From NCBI GenBank assembly GCA_028715175.1, contig JAQUSJ010000001.1, forward strand, positions 276,550 to 340,549: a DNA stretch of 64,000 nt. Direction: 5' to 3'. The stretch's first letter is position 1; the number at the start of each line of letters is the position of its first letter. A model generated the notes under the pieces. It had not been told where the DNA came from and did no database searches. It saw only the letters and a list, made by a program, of their open reading frames with translations. The stretch is from Candidatus Daviesbacteria bacterium (GTDB taxonomy: Bacteria > Patescibacteriota > Microgenomatia > Daviesbacterales > UBA10151). The position numbers and the translations under genes are program-made. Below, piece after piece: positions 1-9,068 of the stretch.

Positions 1-1623
1 ATTTCTTTTCAAAACTATTTCAGGATGTATGAGAAACTAGCCGGTATGACAGGTACTGCGGCGACCGAGGCAGAGGAATTTAATAAAATTTATAAACTTG
101 AGGTTGTGGTAATACCCACAAATAATCCAATGATCAGGATTGACCATCCGGATACAATTTATAAGACTCAAAGTGCGAAATATACTGCTGTTGCCGGTTT
201 AGTTGAGGAATTATACAAAAAAGGCCAGCCTGTTTTAGTTGGAACTACCGCCATTGATAGAAACGAATTCCTTTCCGATCTTCTAAAAAGAAAAGGTATA
301 TCGCATGCTCTTTTGAATGCCAAGAATCATGAGAAAGAAGCGGAAATTATTGCTAAAGCGGGAGAGAAGGGTGCGGTGACTGTTGCCACCAATATGGCAG
401 GCAGGGGGGTAGATATCATTTTAGGCAAAGGTGCTGCTGATCTGGGTGGGCTTTATGTGATTGGGACTGAAAGACATGAATCAAGAAGAATTGATAATCA
501 ATTGCGGGGGAGGTCAGGCCGTCAGGGAGACTTGGGTGAGACCAGGTTTTTTGTATCCCTGGAAGATGATTTGATGAGGATTTTTGGCGGAGAGCAAGTT
601 TCCAAGGTGATGAATTTCTTGAAGATGCCGGAAGATGTGCCTGTGGAACACGGATTAATCTCCAAAGCTATAGAGGGAGCTCAAAAAAAGGTGGAAGGTC
701 ACAATTTTGATATCAGAAAACACACTGTTGAATACGATGATGTGATGAATCAACAGCGAAAAATTATTTATGAGATAAGAAAAAAAGTTTTGGAAACAGC
801 TGAAAAAGTACAAAGCTCTTCTGCTTCGCAGAAAAAAGATTCTTCTTTGAAAGAAGAGGTGCTGGAAAAGATAGCGAGAGAAATCGGGAATATCGTAACT
901 ATCAATTGCGAAGAGGGAGTAAAACCTCAAAAAATCGTGGAAGAGTTTGCAACTATTGTACCGGTAGACGAAAACAGTCAAAGGGAAATTGAAAAAAATA
1001 TTGCTGCGTTTTCCAGAACTGAAGAAATTACAAATTTTCTAACGCAATTATCTAGGAATTTTTACGATCAGAGGGAAAAACAGGTTGGAGAAGATTTAGC
1101 CAGACAAATGGAGGTTTTTGTTTATCTAAATACCATAGATATTTTATGGATTGAGCACTTAGATACGATGGATGATTTGCGTTCCGGAATAGGACTTCGG
1201 GGATATGCTCAAAGAGACCCATTGATTGAATACAAAAGAGAAGGTTTTGATTTGTTTGAGAAATTGATGGTGGAAATAGATTACGAAATTGTTCACAGAA
1301 TCTATAAAGTGGCGGTGCAGGGTCAAACTCCGGTGGTTGAACAAAGACCGGTAGTGGTTGAGGAAAGACATCCGGAAATTGAAACAGGGGTTAAAATTGA
1401 AGCTTTGGAAGAAAAAGAACTGGCAGAAAGTAAACCACTGGATGAAATATTGGAGAAAGAAGGGGGAGTTACCAAGGTTACAATTGAAAGGGACGGGGTT
1501 GTATCCGAACAAGTTTATGGGGGTCAAGGGCAATTAACAAAACCTCATGGTAAGCTAGGTAGAAATGATCCATGCTGGTGTGGTTCCGGAAAAAAGTATA
1601 AACGCTGCCATTACCCGAATTAA
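1..1623 (+). CDS. secA: Preprotein translocase ATPase SecA, 5' truncated by the window edge
   Basis: Open frame from position 1 (ISFQNYFRMYEKLAGMTGTA); motifs TNMAGRGVDI, ERHESRRIDNQLRGRSGRQGD, GYAQRDPLIEYKREG; C-terminal SEC-C zinc motif GRNDPCWCGSGKKYKRCH. Confidence 0.98.
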   Translation: MSFQNYFRMYEKLAGMTGTAATEAEEFNKIYKLEVVVIPTNNPMIRIDHPDTIYKTQSAKYTAVAGLVEELYKKGQPVLVGTTAIDRNEFLSDLLKRKGISHALLNAKNHEKEAEIIAKAGEKGAVTVATNMAGRGVDIILGKGAADLGGLYVIGTERHESRRIDNQLRGRSGRQGDLGETRFFVSLEDDLMRIFGGEQVSKVMNFLKMPEDVPVEHGLISKAIEGAQKKVEGHNFDIRKHTVEYDDVMNQQRKIIYEIRKKVLETAEKVQSSSASQKKDSSLKEEVLEKIAREIGNIVTINCEEGVKPQKIVEEFATIVPVDENSQREIEKNIAAFSRTEEITNFLTQLSRNFYDQREKQVGEDLARQMEVFVYLNTIDILWIEHLDTMDDLRSGIGLRGYAQRDPLIEYKREGFDLFEKLMVEIDYEIVHRIYKVAVQGQTPVVEQRPVVVEERHPEIETGVKIEALEEKELAESKPLDEILEKEGGVTKVTIERDGVVSEQVYGGQGQLTKPHGKLGRNDPCWCGSGKKYKRCHYPN

Positions 1624-1663
1624 AAATTCGGAGTATCGCTTGCGAGATAGTCGCTCTTAAAAA

Positions 1664-3214
1664 ATGTCACTTAAGAATTGGATAAATTCAAATGGTGTAG
1701 TTTTAATTATTATTCTTATCTACTTTTTAATTTCCATAATAAAAATTGAACACCCGGGGGTTAATAATGACCAATTGATGTTTGTAAATACTGCAACTTT
1801 GCATCCTGACAATCAATTTTTATGGAAAAGCTGGCATGGGATACCGACGATGATCTTTCCTTATATTGGGGCTTTGAAGTCCTATTTTTACATGCCGATT
1901 TTTTATGTTTTTGGTGTGAATATCTGGTCTATCAGATTACCGCAAATTATCCTGATTTCCATTACCTGGATAATTCTTTACAAAGCATTGACGCTGGCTT
2001 TTAATAAGAAGTTAGCACTATTGACAATTTTACTTCTTAGTTTGGATCCCAGTATTATTATTTATTCAAAAACTGACCAGGGCCCGACTGTTTTAGAATT
2101 TTTCTTAAAAGTTTTGGCTGTTTATTTGTTATATCTTTTTATATCTACTAAAAAAAGTATTTATTATTTTAGCATCTACCTTATTTTGGCATTAGGAATT
2201 TTTAATAAATTAAATTTCATCTGGTTTGTGAATGCTTTCATGATTAGTTTCATAATTTTTTATTGGCGAATTTTTTATAACGATTTTAAAAAAGTGGATA
2301 AATTATTCCCATTTTTAATTTTCTGTATACCATATTTTTTCCTGATCAAAATATTTACTAAAATTTCCAGGGAAGTAGTATTAAGCTATAAGGATTTTAC
2401 CGATCCGGTTGCTTTATCCAATGTCTTTAATAATCTGTTAATTTTTTATAATAATTTAATAAACATTATCAATGGAAATATCTTTTATAATATAATCTAC
2501 GGGTACAGTCCAACACCTTTAGGCATTTATTTTAGCGGTTTAATTTTACTAATTTTGTTTATTGGCATCTATTATTTAATCGCTAAACATAAAGAACCTT
2601 TGAGACCATTCTATTTCTTTTCATCCCTTGTGTTATTAACTATCCTGCAACTTCTTTTGACAAAAAAGGCTATCTCTGTCTGGCACGCTTTATCTATTTA
2701 TCCTTTCTTTGTCGTAATTTTGGCTTTGGCAATCTTACAATTTAAAAAGAATATTTTTTTGGCTTTGGTTGGAATAATAATTTCTTATCAAATCATCGTG
2801 AATCTAATATATTTTGATACTTATTCCAAACCCACAAAATTAGTGGCTTATACATCAGCAATTTACGATTTGATTGATTTTGCCAAAGTTACAAAAGCAA
2901 ACTTTGTTTGTTTGGATGTTGATATTTGTAATCAACTATTAAGTTTTAATCAGGAAGTGAAAAAATACCAAGAGCCTTTCTTTTTCCTGGATCCGCCCAC
3001 ATACACCTATTCATTTATAAAATTAGCCGGAAATTTTAGCAGACCTGAAGAATTTTTATATGTAGCCCATGGAGATTCAAACTCGCATTTTCCAAATTTG
3101 AAAAAGGAATTCTTTAAATATCTGGATGATAATAAGATAAATTATAAAAAAGTTAAGGAGTTTAAAGATGGTGATATTAATATAGCCTTTGAAATTTACG
3201 AGGTTGGCAAATGA
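1664..3214 (+). CDS. Polytopic membrane protein, GT-C fold glycosyltransferase (ArnT/PMT_2-like)
   Basis: 516 aa with many hydrophobic helices; acidic loop after TM1 (PGVNNDQ); FGVNIWSIRLP motif typical of this family; soluble C-terminal domain. Confidence 0.7.
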   Translation: MSLKNWINSNGVVLIIILIYFLISIIKIEHPGVNNDQLMFVNTATLHPDNQFLWKSWHGIPTMIFPYIGALKSYFYMPIFYVFGVNIWSIRLPQIILISITWIILYKALTLAFNKKLALLTILLLSLDPSIIIYSKTDQGPTVLEFFLKVLAVYLLYLFISTKKSIYYFSIYLILALGIFNKLNFIWFVNAFMISFIIFYWRIFYNDFKKVDKLFPFLIFCIPYFFLIKIFTKISREVVLSYKDFTDPVALSNVFNNLLIFYNNLINIINGNIFYNIIYGYSPTPLGIYFSGLILLILFIGIYYLIAKHKEPLRPFYFFSSLVLLTILQLLLTKKAISVWHALSIYPFFVVILALAILQFKKNIFLALVGIIISYQIIVNLIYFDTYSKPTKLVAYTSAIYDLIDFAKVTKANFVCLDVDICNQLLSFNQEVKKYQEPFFFLDPPTYTYSFIKLAGNFSRPEEFLYVAHGDSNSHFPNLKKEFFKYLDDNKINYKKVKEFKDGDINIAFEIYEVGK

Positions 3215-4053
3215 ATCAGGGAATTACCGAATTAACTAAAGAATGGGTGGCTAAAAGATTACCCAAAAGGTCTAAGGATGCCAATAAGGGGACATTTGGC
3301 AAAATTTTAGTTGTTGCTGGATCAGAGAGATACCCTGGAGCAGCGTATCTTTCTTGCGCTGCAGCTTACAGAGTAGGAGCAGGTTTGGTAACTTTAGCAA
3401 CAGAGGAAGAAACGAAGATTATAATCTCCAGGAAATTATCTGAAGTGACTTTTTTATCACGGGATGAAGTGCTCAAAAAAATAGATGAGTATGATGTTTT
3501 GCTGATTGGTCCGGGTTTGGGGCAAAGCGATCAAATAGTAAAACTGGTGGAGCAAATTTTAAGCCGTAACTTGTCGCCGACAGTCGTTGACGGTGACGGG
3601 TTAAATATCCTGTTTAAAATGGAGAAATGGTGGGAAAGGATAGACGGAGCAGTCGTATTGACACCTCATCCTGGCGAGATGTCCAGGTTGACAGGTTTAT
3701 CTATAGAAGAAATTCAAAAAAATAGATTAAATACCGCTCAAAGTTTTGCCAAAAAATGGAATCAAGTGGTAGTTTTGAAAGGAGCAAATACTGTGATTGC
3801 CCCGTCACAAGGCGGGGTTGTGGTTAGTCCGTTTGCAAATCCGGCATTAGCTACTGCCGGAACCGGAGATGTACTCGCAGGAGCGATAGCCGGTTTATTG
3901 GCTCAAAGTTTAAAGCCATTTGATGCCGCTGGTGTCGGGGTGTATGTTCATGGGATGGCGGGGGATAAACTCAGAGAAAAAATAGGTAATACGGGTGCTT
4001 TGGCTAGTGATCTTTTATCACTTTTACCTCAAATTATTAAGGATTTAAGATAA
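3211..4053 (+). CDS. nnrD: ADP-dependent NAD(P)H-hydrate dehydratase (stand-alone)
   Basis: NKGTFG, YPGAAYL, IGPGLG, VVDGDGL, LTPHPGEM, VLKG, LATAGTGDVLAG motifs; ATGA overlap with upstream gene. Confidence 0.93.
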   Translation: MNQGITELTKEWVAKRLPKRSKDANKGTFGKILVVAGSERYPGAAYLSCAAAYRVGAGLVTLATEEETKIIISRKLSEVTFLSRDEVLKKIDEYDVLLIGPGLGQSDQIVKLVEQILSRNLSPTVVDGDGLNILFKMEKWWERIDGAVVLTPHPGEMSRLTGLSIEEIQKNRLNTAQSFAKKWNQVVVLKGANTVIAPSQGGVVVSPFANPALATAGTGDVLAGAIAGLLAQSLKPFDAAGVGVYVHGMAGDKLREKIGNTGALASDLLSLLPQIIKDLR

Positions 4054-4079
4054 ATAGTTAAATATTTATTATTAACCTA

Positions 4080-4106
4080 TTGACAATTATATTAACCAGT
4101 GATAAT
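4080..4106 (+). promoter_or_regulatory. Probable sigma70-type promoter of glnA
   Basis: Perfect TTGACA at 4080-4085; the -10 element is ambiguous (GATAAT at 4101-4106 gives only a 15-nt spacer). Confidence 0.45.
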
Positions 4107-4117
4107 TATGTTCCATA

Positions 4118-5557
4118 ATGCAAGATGATAATACCCAATTAAAAAACTTCCTGGAAATTCCTTATGAAGAGCTTGAAGAGATGAATCTTAAGGCTAAGGA
4201 AAAACAACAAGTTGCGGATCCGCAACTGCTGGAGAAAGAATATCGCCTTTATTTACAGAAAGAAAAACGGATTAAAGCAATCACTTTATGTTTCACAGAC
4301 ATTGAAGGCAGATTTCATATGCTGGATTATGATAAAAAATATCTACTGGAATCTGCTTCAAATTTAACTTTTGACGGTTCTTCGATAAGAGGTTTTACTG
4401 CCCAGCGCGAATCAGACTTAAGACTTCGGGTTGACTGGCCAAGTTTAATCTGGCTTCCTTCTGATGTCTTTGGCTGTGGCAAGATCGTGATGTTTGCGGA
4501 TGTATTGGGAAGGGACGGGACTTCTTACATCTCGGATTTCAGGGGTCAATTAAAATTATATACTCAAGAACTGAAGAAAAAAGAGGGTATTAATGCATAT
4601 ACCGCAACGGAAACCGAAGGATTTTTGGTAGAAGGAGTAGGCGCAGAACAAAGTTTTGATGAAGATATCGGCTTTAAATTAATTTCAACAGGCGGTTATT
4701 ATCACTCTCTGCCGCTGGATAAATTGCGAAGATTTATAGATGCATCGGCAGAGGCGCAAAGGGCAATGGGTTTTAAAAATGAGAAAGATCACCCGGAAGT
4801 AGCCCCTTCGCAATTCGAATTGAATTTTGGTTATACCGAGGTTGTTCGAGCCTGTGATCAAATTCAGCTTTATAAATTAGTATGCAGGCAAGTTGCCAAT
4901 AATATGGGGTTAACAGCCACTTTTTTACCAAAACCAATCACTAACATAAATGGTTCCGGTATGCACACTAATTTTTCTCTAGCTAAGAATGGTAAAAATA
5001 TCTTTTATCAAAAAGACGGACAAGACGGATTATCGGAGCTTGCCTGGGATTTTATCTTAAAGATTTTAAACCATGCTCCTGAAATTTCCTTAGTGTTTGG
5101 TTCGTCAGTTAATGCATACAGAAGATTAGACCCGCACTTTGAAGCTCCAAACCAAATTAAAGTTTCACCAATTGATAGAGGGGCGATGATCAGGATCCCG
5201 GCCGGTAATGAAAAAACAGCCAGGATTGAAATTAGGGCTGTGGCGCCGGATGCAAACCCTTACCTTGTTCTTTATACGATTTTAAAAACGGGATTGGAAG
5301 GTAAAAAACTTGCTCAACCAAAACGGAGAAGAAATAGGTTAAGATTCTTGCCTGGAACAATTAATGACGCGATCAGGCTTTTTAGGACAAGTAATTTTAT
5401 AGGGAAAATTTTAGGTGAGGAAAATAAACAAAAATATTTGTTTTTTAAAGATGTAGTGGCAGATAGAAGTCCTAAAGAACTTGGGAAAAAAGTTAAAACA
5501 TCGGAAATTATTTACCACCATGAAGTAACCAATCAGGTATTGTGGAATAATTTTTGA
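4118..5557 (+). CDS. glnA: Glutamine synthetase type I
   Basis: FDGSSIRGF, ESDL, ETEGF, HPEVAPSQFE, ATFLPKP, NGSGMHTNFSL, NAYRRL, EAP, RIEIR, PDANPYL motifs. Confidence 0.95.
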   Translation: MQDDNTQLKNFLEIPYEELEEMNLKAKEKQQVADPQLLEKEYRLYLQKEKRIKAITLCFTDIEGRFHMLDYDKKYLLESASNLTFDGSSIRGFTAQRESDLRLRVDWPSLIWLPSDVFGCGKIVMFADVLGRDGTSYISDFRGQLKLYTQELKKKEGINAYTATETEGFLVEGVGAEQSFDEDIGFKLISTGGYYHSLPLDKLRRFIDASAEAQRAMGFKNEKDHPEVAPSQFELNFGYTEVVRACDQIQLYKLVCRQVANNMGLTATFLPKPITNINGSGMHTNFSLAKNGKNIFYQKDGQDGLSELAWDFILKILNHAPEISLVFGSSVNAYRRLDPHFEAPNQIKVSPIDRGAMIRIPAGNEKTARIEIRAVAPDANPYLVLYTILKTGLEGKKLAQPKRRRNRLRFLPGTINDAIRLFRTSNFIGKILGEENKQKYLFFKDVVADRSPKELGKKVKTSEIIYHHEVTNQVLWNNF

Positions 5558-5589
5558 GTGTAACGAAAAAATAGTCCTACGGTTTATTT

Positions 5590-7083
5590 TTAATCTACAT
5601 ACCCCCACATTGGATCGGTCAAATTAGTATTTGGTGTTTGGCAACTTTTTTGGATAGTTTCTTTTGGTGGAATTTTAGTTGGAGGAATTATTCCAATATG
5701 TCCAAATTTATATTTTACTTCTTTAGATAATTCTTCCGGGATGACAATGTTGTAAACAGGGACATCTATTGAAGGGTGCACAAGATGCAATTTATTTAAA
5801 TAGAAGAAGTACCGGAATCCGACGTTCTCTCCGGGCCTTGTTATATAGGTAATTCCGATACAAGGATAACCTTGGATTTTAACATCCTGCTCTATAAAAT
5901 TTGTTACTGCTTTGCGGTCTAAATACCCTATTTGATAAGGGTTTGAATTTACAAAAAATAAAATATTTTTAACTAAAATAAGTCCAAAAATAAAAACGGT
6001 TAAGCCTAGTCCCGGTTTTCCAGATTTTATTAAAAGAGCAAAAATCAAACTAACGATAGTTAATAATATAACTTCAAGATTTGCGAAATAATATTCAGAA
6101 ATTTGGGTACGGGAAAAAGAAAAGAATAATATAATACTTGCTAACCATATGAAAATTATTAAAACCTCCCTGATTTTTATTTGGCGATATTTAATAAGCA
6201 AAAAAACTGAAGAGAGTATTATAAATAAAAATGGCAGTCTTAAAGTTGAAGGTATCGATTGAGGAGATAAAAACAGGTTCTCGGTATTTTTAGAAATCAT
6301 TTCCAAAACTAACATTAATTTGCGCAAGCCAATTTCCCCTTCTTTTGTAGAGGATAAATTTATGAATAAACCCTGAGTTTGTATGAAGCGGTGTTTTACT
6401 TCAAATAATATAAGCGGTGAGGAGGTGATTAAGAGGGTTGTAAAAAATAGTATTGTTTGTTTTAAATTAGGTAGTTTACGGGCAAAAAATAAGGCAGCAG
6501 GAATTGCTAAAAGTGCAGGAAGCAGAGCTATGTGTATATGCCAAATTAATCCGATTAAAATTCCCAAAATAGGTAAAAGTGAAAAGTTCCCCCGGCTTAT
6601 CATTATTAGCGTATAGAAATACCAGATAGCCCAAAGTTTGGTTGGAAGTGTGGGAACTATCCATCGATCAAACCCTACGGTTGAAAGAAGTACTGCATGT
6701 AAAAAAGCTGCCAATATCCCGACTGTTTTATTAAATAATTTGGTTAAGATAAAATAATAACTTAGTATTGTTAAGACTCCTATTAAAACCCCAAGTCCAA
6801 AAACCCCAATAGGATCCATTTTTGATACTAAGAAAAAGGGGATCAATAAGTAATAAAACAAGCCTCCAATAAAGATACCGGGAACAGAAGTAAGCTGGCC
6901 AATCAAACGAAAATGGTGATTTACTACAATATCTTTAACAATCCAGGAATAAAGATCGCCGTCGTGAGCAAATTCAAACCGTTCGACTATTTTATAAGTT
7001 CTAAAAAATAATCCAATGATCAGGATAAAAATTAAGACGAGCAAGTACGGTTTTTTCTTAAAATATGAAATTACAGAGGACAT
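5590..7083 (-). CDS. GT-C fold membrane glycosyltransferase, paralog of 9069..10562
   Basis: FAHDGD acidic loop, RLIGQLTS..GIFIG, many TM helices. Start moved from 7227 to ATG 7083 because the extension is translated repeat DNA and an extended -10 lies at 7092-7100. Confidence 0.75.
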   Translation of the reverse strand: MSSVISYFKKKPYLLVLIFILIIGLFFRTYKIVERFEFAHDGDLYSWIVKDIVVNHHFRLIGQLTSVPGIFIGGLFYYLLIPFFLVSKMDPIGVFGLGVLIGVLTILSYYFILTKLFNKTVGILAAFLHAVLLSTVGFDRWIVPTLPTKLWAIWYFYTLIMISRGNFSLLPILGILIGLIWHIHIALLPALLAIPAALFFARKLPNLKQTILFFTTLLITSSPLILFEVKHRFIQTQGLFINLSSTKEGEIGLRKLMLVLEMISKNTENLFLSPQSIPSTLRLPFLFIILSSVFLLIKYRQIKIREVLIIFIWLASIILFFSFSRTQISEYYFANLEVILLTIVSLIFALLIKSGKPGLGLTVFIFGLILVKNILFFVNSNPYQIGYLDRKAVTNFIEQDVKIQGYPCIGITYITRPGENVGFRYFFYLNKLHLVHPSIDVPVYNIVIPEELSKEVKYKFGHIGIIPPTKIPPKETIQKSCQTPNTNLTDPMWGYVD

Positions 7084-7132
7084 ACTTAATGATAGTAGCA
7101 GTTGCGATTTGAATGTGCAATTGACGCTTTGC

Positions 7133-7200
7133 GTCATCTCGCTCTTGTATCGGGATCCAAAAAAAATTATTATATGGGTCCCTGCTTTCGTAGGAATGAC
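7133..7200. repeat. REP-like palindromic doublet GTCA...TGAC
   Basis: Left arm GTCATCTCGCTCTTGTATCGGGATCC (7133-7158); right arm GGGTCCCTGCTTTCGTAGGAATGAC (7176-7200), 20/25 identical to 18670-18694. Confidence 0.75.
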
Positions 7201-7211
7201 AAAGGAGTAAT

Positions 7212-7964
7212 ATGTTAGTAAAAGCAATTAAAACCCGTAAATTTCTGCCGCCAAAAGACGATTTATGGGAACTGCTTTCAGAAATAAAGTCTTTAAAAGA
7301 AAACTGCGTTGTAGCAGTGACGTCTAAAGTAGTGGCAGTCGGCGAAGGTAGGTGTATTCCATTAAATAAGATAACTAAGGATGAGCTAGCAATACAAGAA
7401 TCCGATAAATATATCCCCAGAGAATTATCTCCCGGAGGACACATCTTACATACAATTAAAGATAATATGCTGATAGCGTCTGCAGGTATAGATGAAAGTA
7501 ATGGTGCCGGTTTCTATATCCTCTGGCCAAAAAATCCAAAACTTTCTGCAAGAAAAATTTGGAATTTTCTAAAAAAGAAATTTAAAGTAAAAAACCTTGG
7601 AGTGATTATAACCGATTCAAGGTTAGTGCCGCTCCGGCGGGGGGTTGTTGGAATAGCTATCGGGTATTTCGGTTTTAAACCTCTAAAAGATTACCGTAAA
7701 ACCAAAGATATTTTCGGAAGAGAATTCGAAATGGAAACCTCAAACCTTCCTGATAGTTTAGCAACTGCGGCGGTACTGGTAATGGGAGAAGGATCTGAAA
7801 TGCAACCGATTGCAATCCTGGAAGACATCCCCGGCTTAAAATTTTTACAAAAAGAATTTAAACCAAAGACTGAATATGATGATTTTGAAATTCCCGAAAA
7901 AGAAGATATGTTTTATCCATTTTTATCTTCAGTTAAATGGCAAAAAGGCGGAGGCGGAAAATAA
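7212..7964 (+). CDS. CofE/F420-0:gamma-glutamyl ligase family protein
   Basis: VAVTSKVVAVGEGR, ASAGIDESN, GVIITDS, PLRRGVVGIAIG, DIFGR, DSLATAAVLVMGEG; AAGGAG Shine-Dalgarno at 7202-7207. Confidence 0.85.
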   Translation: MLVKAIKTRKFLPPKDDLWELLSEIKSLKENCVVAVTSKVVAVGEGRCIPLNKITKDELAIQESDKYIPRELSPGGHILHTIKDNMLIASAGIDESNGAGFYILWPKNPKLSARKIWNFLKKKFKVKNLGVIITDSRLVPLRRGVVGIAIGYFGFKPLKDYRKTKDIFGREFEMETSNLPDSLATAAVLVMGEGSEMQPIAILEDIPGLKFLQKEFKPKTEYDDFEIPEKEDMFYPFLSSVKWQKGGGGK

Positions 7965-7989
7965 ATTTTAGGATACTCTGTTCACATTA

Positions 7990-8013
7990 AACCCTTCGGC
8001 ATTGCTCAGGGTT
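7990..8013. repeat. REP-like short hairpin between convergent genes
   Basis: AACCCTTCGGCATTGCTCAGGGTT with AACCCT/AGGGTT arms; CTTCG..GCTCAG core resembles the element at 37847-37917. Confidence 0.5.
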
Positions 8014-8071
8014 ATAACATACGGTTGTAGCATTAATGTCAAGTTGTATTACGAGAAACCGTGAGGATATA

Positions 8072-9001
8072 TTACCTGGAGGGTGTAAAGCTGGATTGGA
8101 AGAAGGCGATCGTTTTTTTGAGGCCTTCATCCAAGCCTACTTTTGCACTCCAGCCCAGTTCTTTTTTAATCTTTTCAGATGATGCAACCAGTGAAGGTAC
8201 GTCACCTTTTCTTTTCCCCTTATCATCAATCGGAATTTCGTATCCAACCAGTTCGAAAATTTTCTTGACCACATCAGCGACTTTTACTCCCGTTTCCGTT
8301 CCTACATTATAAATATGTAAGCCCTGTAAAGGCAGGGCAAGGATATGAGCTGCTGCTAAATCATCAATATAAATGAAATCCCTTACTTGTTCTCCTTTCC
8401 AAAAAAGAGGAACAGGTTGTTTCGATAAAATTGCTTTGACAAAATTTGGTATGGCATGGGTTTCCGGCTCATGCAGCTCTCCCGGGCCATAAGGATTAAA
8501 ATAACGCAAAATTGTGACATCAAAATTAAACAAATTATGGTAAAGTTTACAGAAAGCCTCCATGGTTATTTTGGTTATCCCGTAGGGATTTTCCTGTTCT
8601 CCTAATGGGTCATCTTCCGTGATGGGTAACTTTTTCGGAACACCATACACACAAGCGCTTGAAGAAAAAACAATCTTTTTAACACCTGCATTTTTCATAG
8701 CCTCCAATAATTTGATTGTTCCGACGATATTGTTTTGGGCAAATTCTACAGGTTTTTTAACAGATTCACCTACTTCAATGAAAGAGGCCATATGAATGAC
8801 CGCATCATGTCCGGCCAAAATTTCTTCCAGTTGTTTTTGATCTTCTAAACTGACTTGGTGGAAACTTGCTCTTTGATCCAAAGAGTCTTTGTGCCCTTTT
8901 GATAAATTATCGACCACGATTACTTTATGCCCTTGATTGAGTAACAATTCATTGACATGAGATCCGATAAAACCGGCTCCACCTGTAACAACAATTTTCA
9001 T
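8072..9001 (-). CDS. galE: UDP-glucose 4-epimerase-like extended SDR
   Basis: TGGAGFIGSH, HMASFIEVGESV, FSSSACVYG, YGITK, LRYFNPYG, RDFIYIDDLA. Confidence 0.8.
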   Translation of the reverse strand: MKIVVTGGAGFIGSHVNELLLNQGHKVIVVDNLSKGHKDSLDQRASFHQVSLEDQKQLEEILAGHDAVIHMASFIEVGESVKKPVEFAQNNIVGTIKLLEAMKNAGVKKIVFSSSACVYGVPKKLPITEDDPLGEQENPYGITKITMEAFCKLYHNLFNFDVTILRYFNPYGPGELHEPETHAIPNFVKAILSKQPVPLFWKGEQVRDFIYIDDLAAAHILALPLQGLHIYNVGTETGVKVADVVKKIFELVGYEIPIDDKGKRKGDVPSLVASSEKIKKELGWSAKVGLDEGLKKTIAFFQSSFTPSR

Positions 9002-9068
9002 GTAAATATTTTAATATAACTAGTCTTGTTTATCTACTGTGGTTTTTGTACAATTTTTCAATCACCAG

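Noticed and set aside
819-833. Small hairpin TTCTGC-TTC-GCAGAA and a short duplication near 1330-1375 inside secA
   Set aside because: Too short to distinguish from chance in variable regions of SecA
1624-1663. Intrinsic terminator after secA
   Set aside because: GC-richer stretch with only imperfect pairing and no U-tract on the plus strand
7084-7227. 48-aa N-terminal extension of ORF 5590..7227 (VIPTKAGTH...)
   Set aside because: It is a translation of the REP-like repeat and overlaps the divergent gene; paralog alignment and the promoter favour ATG 7083
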